DNA of 64,000 nt from Gammaproteobacteria bacterium (GCA_965243395.1 CBDEUS010000002.1:192001-256000); one strand, 5' to 3'; shown: positions 29,028-40,590, numbered from the stretch's first letter. Notes: generated from the letters alone by a model not told the origin. Numbers and translations: made by a program.

Positions 29028-30938
29028 CTACTCTGCAAGATAACTGTTTGCATGTAGCGAAGATTCAAGCTCTCTTAGAACTAGCTCTTTAGCTTCGCCT
29101 GTTACATTATGGCGGCTAATCCGCTCCAACCAAAGTTGTTGCATACGGTCAGTATCAATATGCAGATAAGATAGTATTTCTGCTACGGTATCGCCAGGCT
29201 CTTCATCACAAATTTGATGAGATCCATCCTCGTTCATCACTATATTTACCGCGTTGGTATCTCCAAACAAATTATGCATATCTCCCAGTATTTCCTGATA
29301 TGCGCCAACCAAGAATATCCCTAGTATATAATCTTGTTGTTCTTTGAATTCGTGCAAGGACAAATATGACTGTAGCCCCTCGCCCTGAACATAACAATCA
29401 ATACGTCCATCTGAATCACATGTTAAGTCATAAATTCTTGAATGAATCGCAGGGTACTCATTCAATTTATGCAAGGGCATAATCGGAAAGATTTGCCGCA
29501 AACCCCAAATGTCAGGTGTGGATTGAAATAAAGAAAAATTACAAAAATATTTTGCTACTAGTTTATCTTCAAGCGCCAAGCGATGTTCCTCATTTAAAAT
29601 ATTCTCTGAATTTAGCAGCTCCCGATAACAGTAACTCGAAAGTTTTTCTGATAATGCTTTATCGAACAAGGGTAATTTTCCTTTTGAAAATTCTCTCTCG
29701 ATTTCTTCAATAATTTTTTCCAGTTCAAGATAATGTTTAAGAATAGTTTTTGATACTTCAACATTATTCAGACTAGCCTTGATAGTTTTAATTTGCTCAA
29801 TAAATTGTTTCAAGTGAACATTTTCCGCTTGTTCTTTTAATAGTTCCTGACACTCATTTTTAGAATCGATGTGCGAGAATTCTGCATCAATAACATTCGT
29901 AAACAAAACCGCATGATAAGCTGTCATAGCGCGGCCATTTTCGCTGATAATGATAGGTGCTTTTAAAGAATGTTCGTCACAATTTGTTTTGACCACGTTG
30001 ACTATCGTATTAGCATAGTCTTGTAATGAATAATCCATAGAAAAGTATTGTCCCGATAAACTACCTTCATAATCTACCGCTAATCCTCCTCCAATATTTA
30101 ATTCCTGAAACTCAATGCCATGTTGAGATAATTGAACAAAGTAATGCATGGCTTCTGTAATTCCGGATTGAATATCATGTAAACACGGAATTTGTGACCC
30201 CATATGAAAATGTAGCATTTTCATCCATTCAAGCGCATTGTTAGCTTGCAGCTCTTTTACTAAATTAATCACCTCATTTGAAGTTAAGCCAAACTTTGAA
30301 TGCTCACCTCCGGTATTTTGCCAATTTCCTTTTGCGATAGAAGACAAACGTACTCGCATACCTAAATGTGCTTGCACATTAAGTTGTGAACATTGCTCTA
30401 TTACATGTTTATATTCAGCTAAACTTTCTAATACGATAATTACTTTATGTCCCAACAAGCCCCCTAACAATGCCAAACGAATATATGACTGGTCCTTGTA
30501 ACCGTTGCAAATAATAGTGAGTGCTTTATCTGTTATTCCGTAACAAGCCATGAGCTCAGCTTTACTACCTATTTCAAAAACAATTGACCATTCAGCTTGT
30601 TGCTGAAAGTGTTGAATAACAGAGGCTTGCTGGTTAACTTTAATTGGATAAGCTGCAACATACTTACCATCGTAACGGTAATCATGTATCGCTTGCTCAA
30701 ATGCTACACATAATGTCCTTAAAGACTGTTGTAGTATTTGTGGAAATCGCACTAAAGCAGGTAACGCGACACCTTGTTTTCTGATCGACTTACTTAATTC
30801 GTATAGGTCCAGCTCAGAATTGTCAGCTTTTACGATTACATTACCCTCATGATTGACATCAAAATGTCCTGCACTCCAACGATCAACACGATAATGATGC
30901 TTTGCCTTGGCGGCATTCCATGTTTTTCGATCGTTCAT
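29028..30938 (-). CDS. speA: Biosynthetic arginine decarboxylase
   Basis: YPIKVNQ, CNGYKD, HFHMGSQ, NFSLFQS, TCDSDG and GAYQEILGDMHNLFG. Confidence 0.96.
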   Translation of the reverse strand: MNDRKTWNAAKAKHHYRVDRWSAGHFDVNHEGNVIVKADNSELDLYELSKSIRKQGVALPALVRFPQILQQSLRTLCVAFEQAIHDYRYDGKYVAAYPIKVNQQASVIQHFQQQAEWSIVFEIGSKAELMACYGITDKALTIICNGYKDQSYIRLALLGGLLGHKVIIVLESLAEYKHVIEQCSQLNVQAHLGMRVRLSSIAKGNWQNTGGEHSKFGLTSNEVINLVKELQANNALEWMKMLHFHMGSQIPCLHDIQSGITEAMHYFVQLSQHGIEFQELNIGGGLAVDYEGSLSGQYFSMDYSLQDYANTIVNVVKTNCDEHSLKAPIIISENGRAMTAYHAVLFTNVIDAEFSHIDSKNECQELLKEQAENVHLKQFIEQIKTIKASLNNVEVSKTILKHYLELEKIIEEIEREFSKGKLPLFDKALSEKLSSYCYRELLNSENILNEEHRLALEDKLVAKYFCNFSLFQSTPDIWGLRQIFPIMPLHKLNEYPAIHSRIYDLTCDSDGRIDCYVQGEGLQSYLSLHEFKEQQDYILGIFLVGAYQEILGDMHNLFGDTNAVNIVMNEDGSHQICDEEPGDTVAEILSYLHIDTDRMQQLWLERISRHNVTGEAKELVLRELESSLHANSYLAE

Positions 30939-31013
30939 AAATATGATGACTTTTCTATATATTTTTATTTACAGTAGGCAGTCAAATAATAAAGTTTACT
31001 TGGACAATTTAGT

Positions 31014-31868
31014 ATGCAGGATAATAACTGGTTCACCGAAAAATGTAGCGAATGTAGCACCGCATTTTCATTAGAAACTGAGAGCAAGCTGCATGAAGAA
31101 CAAACCCCATTCCAGAATATTGAAATTTATGCAACCAAAGCGTTTGGTAATCTCATGGTCATTGATGGCTTTATCATGTTAACGGAACGTGACAACTTTA
31201 TATACCATGAGATGATCTCGCATCCTGCACTATTTAGTCATTCCAAACCTGCCGATGTGCTGATCGTAGGTGGAGGTGACTGCGGTACACTTCGCGAAGT
31301 AGTAAAACACCAATGCGTGAAAAATATTACTCAAGTAGAAATCGATCAGCGTGTAACGGAGTTATCAAAACAATATTTTCCTAAACTTTGTGATTCAAAC
31401 CATGACCCACGTGTAGATTTAATTTTCGATGACGCCATCGAATGGGTGAAAAATGCGGCTACAGAATCATTGGATGTAATTATTGTTGACAGCACAGACC
31501 CTATTGGGCCAGCCAAAGGTTTGTTTTCTACTCCTTTTTACCAGGATTGCGCACGCATACTTAAAGAAGACGGCTTAATTATTCAGCAAAGTGAATCACC
31601 ACTCGCTCATCTTGAGAGCATTATTCTACCCATGCAAAAGTGCATGCAGACTGCAGGTTTTAATGACATTCAACTAATAAATTTCCCAATAGCTACTTAT
31701 CCTACAGGTTGGTGGACAGCAACCATGGCAAGTAAAAAATCGACAATTGATTTCTCACGTGAAACAGAGTCACGCAATGTTGAATTTTCTACGCATTATT
31801 ACAATCATGCTATGCATAATGCCTGTTTTGCCACACCTGAATTTGTGAAGCGTAAATTAAACGAATAA
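31014..31868 (+). CDS. speE: Polyamine aminopropyltransferase (spermidine synthase)
   Basis: YHEMISH, VGGGDCG, VEID and DSTDP. Confidence 0.95.
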   Translation: MQDNNWFTEKCSECSTAFSLETESKLHEEQTPFQNIEIYATKAFGNLMVIDGFIMLTERDNFIYHEMISHPALFSHSKPADVLIVGGGDCGTLREVVKHQCVKNITQVEIDQRVTELSKQYFPKLCDSNHDPRVDLIFDDAIEWVKNAATESLDVIIVDSTDPIGPAKGLFSTPFYQDCARILKEDGLIIQQSESPLAHLESIILPMQKCMQTAGFNDIQLINFPIATYPTGWWTATMASKKSTIDFSRETESRNVEFSTHYYNHAMHNACFATPEFVKRKLNE

Positions 31869-31873
31869 GAACT

Positions 31874-31952
31874 GATCCTGCGTTACAAGCATACAGTACA
31901 TCCCTGGCAGAAAATTGCTCCTGCGTTGTCAGCATTCAGTATATCCATGTAC
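31874..31952. repeat. Two decayed tandem copies of the CATCCMTG mini-repeat
   Basis: 31874-31906 and 31917-31949 match at 26 of 33 positions. CAGAAAATTGCTCCT resembles 26621-26635. Confidence 0.6.
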
Positions 31953-31954
31953 AT

Positions 31955-31982
31955 AAAAAAAGCGCCTCATATAGAGGCGCTT
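31955..31982 (-). terminator. Terminator between convergent speE and amtB
   Basis: AAGCGCCTC-atata-GAGGCGCTT preceded by an A run (T run on the minus strand). Confidence 0.8.
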
Positions 31983-32063
31983 AAAGGTTGTGCCTTAAGT
32001 ATAAAACTTACTTTGAATACCAACTATTAAAAATATCCATCGTAAGTATTTTAGGAGGAGTAT

Positions 32064-33296
32064 CTACTTAGTCACAAATTCTGGATAGGCTTCCATACCA
32101 CACTCAGAAAGATCTACACCGTCATATTCATCTTCATCACTTACACGAATGCCTATGATCATCTTAATGATCAACCATGTAATGAAACTAGCTACGAATA
32201 CCCAAATAAAGATGGTAGCTGCACCAATCAATTGGCCAGAGAATGAAGACCCGTCATTGGTTATTGGTACGAGTAATAAACCTAATAGACCTACTACGCC
32301 GTGAACCGATATTGCACCAACAGGATCATCAATTTTCATTTTATCTAGTGTGATAATACTAAATACAACGAGTATTCCACCCAGACCGCCAAATATTGTG
32401 GCCATTAATGGCGTTGGTGTTGAAGGTTCAGCCGTGATTGCAACCAAACCCGCTAACGCGCCATTCAATGCCATGGTTAAATCTGCTTTTCCAAACATTA
32501 TGCGTGCAAGTACTAATGCGGCTATGAGACCACCCGCAGCTGCAGCATTGGTATTCATGAATACAACGGCAACTGAATTTGCACTTTCAACACTGGCTGT
32601 TGCTAACACTGAACCTCCGTTAAACCCAAACCAACCCAACCAGAGGACAAATGTACCTAGAGTAGCCAGCGGTAAATTCGCACCCGGCATGGCAACGACT
32701 TTACCCTCACTGTCATATTTACCTTTACGTGCCCCGAGTAATATGACACCTGCTAACGCTGCGGAAGCACCCGCCATATGAACAATGCCGGAACCAGCAA
32801 AGTCTGAGAACCCTAAATCACCCAATGTGTACATACCAAAGACAGATACACCGCCCCAAGTCCAACTACCTTCCATTGGATAAATAAAGCCTGTCATTAC
32901 AACCGCAAATATTAAAAATGCCCATAACTTCATACGTTCCGCTACGGCACCTGAAACGATTGACATTGCAGTTGCTACGAATACCACTTGGAAAAAGAAA
33001 TCTGCAGAAGGAGCATAGGTTGCAGGTTCTTCTGCACCAGCAACACCATCACCCATAATGCCGCTTAAGAAAGTTCCACCATCATACATAATCATGTATC
33101 CACAAATCATGTACATGGTGCAAGCCACTGCATAAAGAGCAATATTTTTTGTAAGAATTTCTGTTGTGTTCTTTGCGCGAACTAAACCAGCTTCCAACAT
33201 TGCGAAGCCAGCTGCCATCCACATAACTAATGCGCCACACACCAAAAAGTAAAAGGTGTCTAGTGCATATTGCAATTCAAATATACTGTTTTCCAC
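32064..33296 (-). CDS. amtB: Ammonium transporter
   Basis: GFAMLEAG, SGAVAER, DFAGSGIVH, LWLGWFGFN and DDPVGAISVHG. Confidence 0.96.
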   Translation of the reverse strand: MENSIFELQYALDTFYFLVCGALVMWMAAGFAMLEAGLVRAKNTTEILTKNIALYAVACTMYMICGYMIMYDGGTFLSGIMGDGVAGAEEPATYAPSADFFFQVVFVATAMSIVSGAVAERMKLWAFLIFAVVMTGFIYPMEGSWTWGGVSVFGMYTLGDLGFSDFAGSGIVHMAGASAALAGVILLGARKGKYDSEGKVVAMPGANLPLATLGTFVLWLGWFGFNGGSVLATASVESANSVAVVFMNTNAAAAGGLIAALVLARIMFGKADLTMALNGALAGLVAITAEPSTPTPLMATIFGGLGGILVVFSIITLDKMKIDDPVGAISVHGVVGLLGLLLVPITNDGSSFSGQLIGAATIFIWVFVASFITWLIIKMIIGIRVSDEDEYDGVDLSECGMEAYPEFVTK

Positions 33297-33346
33297 AATT
33301 CCCTCCTAATTTAGGAATTTAATTATTTATTTATATCCAAAATTTT

Positions 33347-33752
<406 letters not shown>

Positions 33753-33764
33753 AGATTCTTTTGA

Positions 33765-34454
33765 TTAACTACCCCAGCTCATGATGTCGAAGCTACGGTG
33801 AATACCTACATAGGCTTCCGTCTCGTCATCGTCATCTGTTCCTAGGATTTCAGCATCTTCGGTATGAACAATTGCTGCGGTCATATCAAAGCCAGCAACT
33901 TCAAATCCATAACCAAACTCAAAGTAGTTGCCTAAATCATCGTCAGCATCATCATCAAATTTGCCGTATGTTAAATAAACACCGTTCCATCCAACTGTTG
34001 CTGCAAAAAAATCATATTCGTCACCATCAGAAAATTCTCCGTTGTATTCTCCAGTGGTGTATTCAAGATCTAGTGACCACATTTCGCCTGAGGTACCCGC
34101 ATAGAAATTAATTTCGTTGTATTCGCTATCGAAATCATCAGAGTATTGATATGACGTACCACCCGCACCAAGATAAAAACCACTCTCAAACTCGTGGACA
34201 TATCCTGCATACAGGTCATATTCAATTCCGTCCTCTACATCAGCAACCCATGTCCCAAGATAAAATCCACCAATCTCTAAATCTAATCCACCATTACCAG
34301 TGCCCGAAGATTGTGGAATTCCGCGGAAGATGTAATCGGATAAAATTCCTGCATTGCCCGAAAGTGTCGCTTCGGCAGATGCAGTAGTAGTAAGCATGGT
34401 TGTGCTTGTTGCTAAAACAGCCGCCAATGACAGATGTTGTAGTTTCTTATTCAT
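33765..34454 (-). CDS. TorF/TIGR02001-family putative outer-membrane porin
   Basis: Signal peptide, SDYIFRG and EYDLYAGY; typical position upstream of glnK-amtB. Confidence 0.85.
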   Translation of the reverse strand: MNKKLQHLSLAAVLATSTTMLTTTASAEATLSGNAGILSDYIFRGIPQSSGTGNGGLDLEIGGFYLGTWVADVEDGIEYDLYAGYVHEFESGFYLGAGGTSYQYSDDFDSEYNEINFYAGTSGEMWSLDLEYTTGEYNGEFSDGDEYDFFAATVGWNGVYLTYGKFDDDADDDLGNYFEFGYGFEVAGFDMTAAIVHTEDAEILGTDDDDETEAYVGIHRSFDIMSWGS

Positions 34455-34504
34455 TTAATTTTCCTCCCTTGAAAAAGGCATAGTTTGTATTTCAGTGTTG
34501 TTAT

Positions 34505-34619
34505 TGCAGAACACATGCCAACTTTTTATCCCAATCAAAACAGTGGGTTATAATTTTTTTTAGCAACGTGCACCAAAATAATGCTCTGCTATATTGCGTA
34601 TATGCACCTAAATGGTGCG
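34505..34619 (-). promoter_or_regulatory. Sigma54 promoter with two NtrC-type enhancer sites
   Basis: Minus strand TGGCATG-TGTT-CTGCA (34505-34520). TGCACCAAAATAATGCT at 34569-34585 and TGCACCTAAATGGTGCG at 34603-34619. Confidence 0.8.
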
Positions 34620-34671
34620 CGGAATTTAATAGTGATTCCGTTACACTATTAAGCTGCTTTTAAGGAGAAAT

Positions 34672-34944
34672 GTGATGAAATTAGATACCGAAGCTTTGGA
34701 TCAGACAGTGAATGAAATTGTGCGTAAAATCAGTGCTGCAATTCCTGAAGATTTGAAAAGTGCAAAGCAGGGACTTGAAAAAAATGCACGTGCAACGGTT
34801 GAGGGGGCATTCCAACGATTAGATCTTGTGACTCGCGAAGAATTTGATGTGCAAGTGATGTTGCTATCAAAAAGTCAACAACGAGTTAAAGAATTAGAAC
34901 AACGTCTCAGCCAACTTGAAGAAAAACTAAAAAACACCTCATAA
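34672..34944 (+). CDS. ubiK: Ubiquinone biosynthesis accessory factor UbiK (BMFP)
   Basis: LDLVTREEFDVQ motif. Confidence 0.9.
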   Translation: MMKLDTEALDQTVNEIVRKISAAIPEDLKSAKQGLEKNARATVEGAFQRLDLVTREEFDVQVMLLSKSQQRVKELEQRLSQLEEKLKNTS

Positions 34945-34956
34945 GACAACACAACA

Positions 34957-36471
34957 ATGAGTCTTGCTACGGTCTATTCCCGAGCGCAAACGGGAATGGA
35001 AGCGCTACTAGTTACCGTGGAGGTAGACCTTTCCAACGGTTTGCCTGGCTTATCGATTGTGGGTTTACCTGAAGCCGCAGTTAAAGAAAGTAAAGATCGC
35101 GTACGCGCCGCTTTACTGAATTCCGGTTTCGAATTTCCCAGCAGGCGTATTACTGTAAATCTGGCACCGGCAGACTTACCAAAAGAAGGTGGCCGATTTG
35201 ATTTGCCAATAGCACTCGGCATTCTTGCAGCATCAAAGCAGCTCCAAAATGGCTCTTTAGCATCCAATGAATATATAGGTGAACTAAGTTTAAGTGGTGA
35301 CTTACGTCCAGTGCACGGCGTGTTACCTGCAGCAGTTGCCAGCCATAAACAACAACGTTCTATTGTTGTGCCATTTGAAAATGCTAATGAAGCGCACCTA
35401 GCAAAACAAACCACTGTCTACGCTACAAAAAGTTTATTAGAACTGTGTGCACATCTTTCCGCACAAGAATTCATTTTGCCCTTTAAAGAAAATTTTCAAA
35501 CCAATACTCAAAGAGAAACATTAGACCTTCGTGATGTGCGAGGGCAGCATCATGCCAAACGTGCTTTAGAAGTGGCCGCTGCAGGGTTTCATAATATGTT
35601 GATGGTAGGCTCACCAGGAAGTGGTAAAACCATGCTTGCGAGTCGACTACCTGGCATTTTGCCTGCACTCACGGAGGAAGAGGCTGTTGAATCTGCAACG
35701 ATCTATTCAATAAGCCATGGTGGTTTTTCACATGAACAGTGGGGTTTACGTCCGTTTCGCACCCCTCACCATACTGCATCCGCTGTCGCACTTGTTGGAG
35801 GTGGCTCATACCCCAAGCCGGGTGAAATATCTTTAGCACACCATGGGGTATTGTTTTTAGATGAATTAACAGAGTTTGATCGACATGTATTAGAAGTGTT
35901 ACGTGAACCACTCGAAACTGGCAACATTGCAATCTCACGTGCTGCGAGACAAGTGCAATTCCCGGCACGTTTTCAATTAGTTGCAGCAATGAATCCGTGC
36001 CCGCAAGGATGCGACATCGATATCAACGGCAACTGTGCATGCACCCCTGAACAAATTCGTCGTTATCGTGGGCGTATTTCAGCACCCTTGCTTGATCGAA
36101 TCGATATTCATGTAGATGTACCACGTGTTGCTAAAGAACAACTGTTACAAAAAACAGCAAATGAAAGTGAATCGAGTGCAGAGGTACAACAGCGAGTAAG
36201 TGCTACACGTGAAGTTCAGTTACAAAGACAACAAAAACCCAACGCTTATATGAGCAATAAGGAAATCGAAAAATATTGTGCACTTGAAAAAGAAAGCGAA
36301 AAACTTATCTATACCGCGTTTGAAAAATTAGGTTTATCTGCGCGCGGCTATCACCGCACACTGAAACTGGCACGCACCATTGCCGATTTAGAAAATTCTG
36401 AACAGATAGAAGCCACTCACTTAAGTGAAGCTATTGGCTATAGACAATATGATCGCTTATTGAATAAATAG
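34957..36471 (+). CDS. comM: YifB/ComM Mg-chelatase-like AAA+ ATPase
   Basis: VGLPEAAVKES, GSPGSGKTM, PHHTAS and GVLFLDE. Confidence 0.93.
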   Translation: MSLATVYSRAQTGMEALLVTVEVDLSNGLPGLSIVGLPEAAVKESKDRVRAALLNSGFEFPSRRITVNLAPADLPKEGGRFDLPIALGILAASKQLQNGSLASNEYIGELSLSGDLRPVHGVLPAAVASHKQQRSIVVPFENANEAHLAKQTTVYATKSLLELCAHLSAQEFILPFKENFQTNTQRETLDLRDVRGQHHAKRALEVAAAGFHNMLMVGSPGSGKTMLASRLPGILPALTEEEAVESATIYSISHGGFSHEQWGLRPFRTPHHTASAVALVGGGSYPKPGEISLAHHGVLFLDELTEFDRHVLEVLREPLETGNIAISRAARQVQFPARFQLVAAMNPCPQGCDIDINGNCACTPEQIRRYRGRISAPLLDRIDIHVDVPRVAKEQLLQKTANESESSAEVQQRVSATREVQLQRQQKPNAYMSNKEIEKYCALEKESEKLIYTAFEKLGLSARGYHRTLKLARTIADLENSEQIEATHLSEAIGYRQYDRLLNK

Positions 36472-36486
36472 GCGCCCACTAATCGA

Positions 36487-36972
36487 TTACTGAACAGACT
36501 CCAGCATAAAGTCAACCGCTAACTTAATATCGTCATCTGATAAATCTACACGACCGCCTTTCGGTGGCATGCCACCAATGCCATTAATCGCATTAGCGTA
36601 CAAAGTATCTTTACCTTTCCCTAGTCGATCACCCCAACCTGCCTTGTCACCTAATTTAGGTGCATTGAGTACCCCCGCATCATGACAAGCCGCACATGCG
36701 GTATAGAGCTCTTCACCAGTTTTGGCTGCACCTGCATCATTTGAAGCGACTACAGTCTCTTCTCCTTCACTGGCATTCGCTGGGCTAACCCCATTAATTG
36801 CCAACATACCGACAGGCTTGATTCTTTGCTGTAGATTGCCTTGTATTAAGTCATCTTCCGAATAATTGGTATCAGGAAGTAGCACGTTAGCAATAATCAT
36901 GATTACTACCGTTGAAGCCACTAAGACGCCAATTATTATCATCAATGTCGTTGCAAACTGATCGTCGTTCAC
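36487..36972 (-). CDS. Cytochrome c5 family
   Basis: RIKPVG, CAACH and MPPKGG. Confidence 0.9.
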   Translation of the reverse strand: MNDDQFATTLMIIIGVLVASTVVIMIIANVLLPDTNYSEDDLIQGNLQQRIKPVGMLAINGVSPANASEGEETVVASNDAGAAKTGEELYTACAACHDAGVLNAPKLGDKAGWGDRLGKGKDTLYANAINGIGGMPPKGGRVDLSDDDIKLAVDFMLESVQ

Positions 36973-37136
36973 ACAAACTCCTAGTTTCTTGTTGATTCGA
37001 TTATTGAACGTGGCGGATTATAGTGAATGAGCGTTACGAAACCAATTACCTATAACAGTAGTCTGTGGGTAAATAATTAGGTAGAGACGCTATTTAGATT
37101 GAAATAAGTCTATAAACCACATAATTTTCATACCTC

Positions 37137-38966
37137 ATGCCGTTTCCTGCAGCCCCCGATCCACACGCGATAGGAATTTTGATACTTACGGTAATTGCTT
37201 TAATTTTATTCACACGCGAGAACATCCCACTAGAGACTTCTAGCCTGCTTGTAATTGCGATTTTAGCCGTTGGTTTTGAAGTTTTCCCCTACCAACTAGA
37301 TGGGAATAAATTTCATTCAATCGGCCTATTTTCTGGCTTTGGGCATGAGGCCCTGATTGCTGTATGTGCACTGATGATCGCCGGGCAAGCATTAGTGCGT
37401 ACCGGTGCGCTCGAACCTATAGGCCGTTCTTTGGCAAAACTTTGGCGTATCAGTCCATTGATTTCATTATTACTGACATTGGTTATTGGGGCAGTGTTGA
37501 GTGCCTTCATCAACAACACTCCTGTAGTGGTGTTATTGCTACCGATATTAATCAGTGTTTCATTACGCACCAATCGTTCACCTTCCAGTGTCTTAATGCC
37601 CATGGGCTTTGCAACATTAGTGGGTGGAATGTGTACCACAATTGGCACTTCTACTAACTTACTTGTGGTCTCCGTCGCTTCCGACATGGGTGTAGAAAAA
37701 TTTTCCATGTTTGATTTTCTTTTACCCGCCAGTATTGCTTCTATACTTGGGGTTGCATATCTATGGTTGATTGCACCATTACTAGTATCAGAACGTGAAA
37801 CACCTTTAACTGATGCTTCACCACGTGTTTTTCTTGCGCAGCTTCATATTCCTGAAGACAGCCGCTCCGTTGGCAATACTCTTGCACAACTCATTAAGAA
37901 AACCAGCAATGCGATGAAAGTAGAAAAGATTCAACGCGGCGAAAATACTTTTCTTTCATTATTACCTGACGTAGAAATTAAAGCGGGTGATCGATTGTTC
38001 GTGCGCGATACTCCAAAAGAACTAAAAGAGTATGAAGAAGTACTTGGTGCTACCTTGTACTCTGACAACGAACCTATTAAAGGTGATGACTTTGCCTCAA
38101 CTTCTCAGCAACAACTAGCGGAAATCGTAGTTTCTCAAGGCTCGCCGCTTGATAACACAACATTGTCTCGCTTACGATTTAATGATCGATACCAACTCTT
38201 GCCGCTAGCCTTACACCATGCGGGTAAAAAGATAGAAAATCTTTATTCAGGTGTGCACGAAGTCTGGTTGCGCACTGGAGATATCATCTTAGTTCAAGGT
38301 AAAGCTGATACTTTAAAAAAACTGAAGCAAAGTGGTGAATTGTTAGTTTTAGATTCCACAGAGGATCTTCCACACTCTGAGAAAGCAACATTAGCTTTGA
38401 CCATAATGATTGGTATCGTGCTTTTAGCGGCTTTAGGAATATTACCTATTGCAATCAGTGCAGTATGTGGAGTGTTATTGCTTGTTGTCACTGGGTGTTT
38501 AAATTGGCGTGAAGCGACACAAGCTTTAAGTACACCAATAGTACTTATTGTCGTTGCAAGTTTAGCCATGGGTTCTGCACTACTTATCACTGGGGGCACA
38601 GAATATATGGCCAGTGTTTTTTTATACTTAACTGCAGGAGCAAGTGCGCCGATTGTGTTAAGTGGTTTAATGTTACTGATGGCTTTGCTTACAAATATTG
38701 TGTCAAATAATGCGGCTGCTGTAATCGGCACACCCGTTGCCGTAAGTATTGCACAACAAATTGATCAACCTGCAGCACCTTTTATTTTAGCGGTACTATT
38801 TGGTGCGAACATGAGCTACATCACCCCCATGGCATACAAAACAAACTTGTTAGTAATGAATGCGGGCGGTTATAAGTTTATGGATTTTGTAAAAGTAGGC
38901 ACTCCTCTTACCATTATCATGTGGTTGAGTTATTCCTTACTATTACCTTGGCTTTATAAATTGTAA
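37137..38966 (+). CDS. SLC13/CitMHS-family permease with TrkA-C domains
   Basis: SAFINNT, IGTSTNL and SNNAAA; central soluble region. Confidence 0.88.
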   Translation: MPFPAAPDPHAIGILILTVIALILFTRENIPLETSSLLVIAILAVGFEVFPYQLDGNKFHSIGLFSGFGHEALIAVCALMIAGQALVRTGALEPIGRSLAKLWRISPLISLLLTLVIGAVLSAFINNTPVVVLLLPILISVSLRTNRSPSSVLMPMGFATLVGGMCTTIGTSTNLLVVSVASDMGVEKFSMFDFLLPASIASILGVAYLWLIAPLLVSERETPLTDASPRVFLAQLHIPEDSRSVGNTLAQLIKKTSNAMKVEKIQRGENTFLSLLPDVEIKAGDRLFVRDTPKELKEYEEVLGATLYSDNEPIKGDDFASTSQQQLAEIVVSQGSPLDNTTLSRLRFNDRYQLLPLALHHAGKKIENLYSGVHEVWLRTGDIILVQGKADTLKKLKQSGELLVLDSTEDLPHSEKATLALTIMIGIVLLAALGILPIAISAVCGVLLLVVTGCLNWREATQALSTPIVLIVVASLAMGSALLITGGTEYMASVFLYLTAGASAPIVLSGLMLLMALLTNIVSNNAAAVIGTPVAVSIAQQIDQPAAPFILAVLFGANMSYITPMAYKTNLLVMNAGGYKFMDFVKVGTPLTIIMWLSYSLLLPWLYKL

Positions 38967-39102
38967 CAAGATCACGCACAAGTTAAGTTGTTAATGGTCA
39001 TTCATCCTGTTAAATATTTCTTTTATACAAGCCATTTTTTAGGACATGATTTATTACCGTACAATGACGCAGTAATTAGTATGGTATAAGGATTTACCCA
39101 TA

Positions 39103-39585
39103 ATGATTCAGACTCTACGAATTCTTTTTATTTCTGTTTTATGTTCCAGCATACTTTTTGGTTGCGGGCATACACCTGAACCTAAGACACCAACAAAACA
39201 AATCGTCAACCACACAAATGATGGACAGAAAATTGCGAACTTAGCCAAGTCTTTATTAGGTACGCCTTATAAATATGGAGGTGCATCTCCTAAAGGGTTT
39301 GATTGCAGTGGTTTGGTATATTACACACATGGACAATTTGGAATCCGTACTCCTCGCACTTCATCGCAACAATATAAATATGCAAAAAATATCGAGCTAA
39401 ACGAATTAAACTCTGGCGATTTAGTATTCTTCACACTCAACAATAAAAACGTTTCTCATGTCGGAATTTATATTGGTAAAGGAAAGTTTGTACATGCGCC
39501 TAAGAGCGGCAAACATGTAGCGGTCAACCATTTAAATGATGGCTATTGGCGACCGCGTATTGTAGCGGGCGGAAGACTTTACTAA
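39103..39585 (+). CDS. NlpC/P60 (C40) peptidase lipoprotein
   Basis: LFGC lipobox, GFDCSG, HVGIY and FVHA. Confidence 0.93.
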   Translation: MIQTLRILFISVLCSSILFGCGHTPEPKTPTKQIVNHTNDGQKIANLAKSLLGTPYKYGGASPKGFDCSGLVYYTHGQFGIRTPRTSSQQYKYAKNIELNELNSGDLVFFTLNNKNVSHVGIYIGKGKFVHAPKSGKHVAVNHLNDGYWRPRIVAGGRLY

Positions 39586-39891
39586 GCTACAAACGATTAA
39601 ATAATATTCTTGAATAGCTGTTATTGATCCATCCATCCAACCTGCGATTCCTCTTATCTTGAGTCAGATAAATTTTCGGCTAAATTGCCGTTATAGTTTT
39701 ATGAACCTTTTTCATGGATGTAACAAGGTAGCTTACATTGGATACGGAAGTTAGACATACAGTTCGTAGAATATTTGAACATCTTAGAAAGCAACAGCCT
39801 AAGATGCGTCCACGTAAAAATGATCGCATTAACGTTGATCAAATGCTTAAAGATCATCGCAAAAGCGACAATCATTCAGAATCATAAGTCT

Positions 39892-40590
39892 CTAGTTAAC
39901 ATCAGATGAAGCATTCATTGCGTTTGCTTCTTGCTCAGCTAGCATATTTACCAAGTGTAATAAATTTTCGTAACCACCTGCATCACTCGCTGAAGTTCGA
40001 TATTTACCATTGATCACTACCTGTGGCACTGAGCTTACGCCATATTGACGTACTATTTGCTCCGAGCGCTTAATCTTTGTTTCTACATACATGGAGTCAT
40101 AAGCGCTTTTGAATTTTTCTTCATCAATACCCTGCTGTAATAAAAATCTTGCCATAGATTCTTTATCTCTTAAGCGCCTTCCTTGTGAATGAATAGCTTC
40201 AAAAAAAAGTGGGTGTATTCTCTCTAATTCGCCCATTGTTTCTAATGCATAAAAAGCTCTTGCATGCGAAATCCAACCACGGTTTAACACAGCTGGCACA
40301 CGTTTAAAACTGATATGTTCAGGAATGTTTTCTTTCCAGCTTTCAATATGTGGTTCAAAGTCAAAACAATGCGGGCAACCGTACCAAAACAATTCCACCA
40401 CCTCGACTTTACCTTCTTCAACATCTGTTGGTACTTCTGGAGTGATTCTATGGTAATGCCGTCCCTCTTGAGGATTAGTCAGAGTAGCATGCTCATGGCC
40501 ATCTTCTGCATGAACAGAAAACATTAAAAATGTTGCTAGTAATAAAGTAATTAGAATTGAAAAAATAGTACGAGATGCAAGCATATTCAT
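39892..40590 (-). CDS. dsbA: Thiol:disulfide interchange protein DsbA
   Basis: FWYGCPHC and cis-Pro VP...INGKY; follows cytochrome c4. Confidence 0.92.
   Translation of the reverse strand: MNMLASRTIFSILITLLLATFLMFSVHAEDGHEHATLTNPQEGRHYHRITPEVPTDVEEGKVEVVELFWYGCPHCFDFEPHIESWKENIPEHISFKRVPAVLNRGWISHARAFYALETMGELERIHPLFFEAIHSQGRRLRDKESMARFLLQQGIDEEKFKSAYDSMYVETKIKRSEQIVRQYGVSSVPQVVINGKYRTSASDAGGYENLLHLVNMLAEQEANAMNASSDVN

Noticed and set aside
31874-31949. CRISPR remnant
   Set aside because: Only two degenerate 33-nt units with a 10-nt gap and no cas genes; it belongs to the CATCCMTG mini-repeat.
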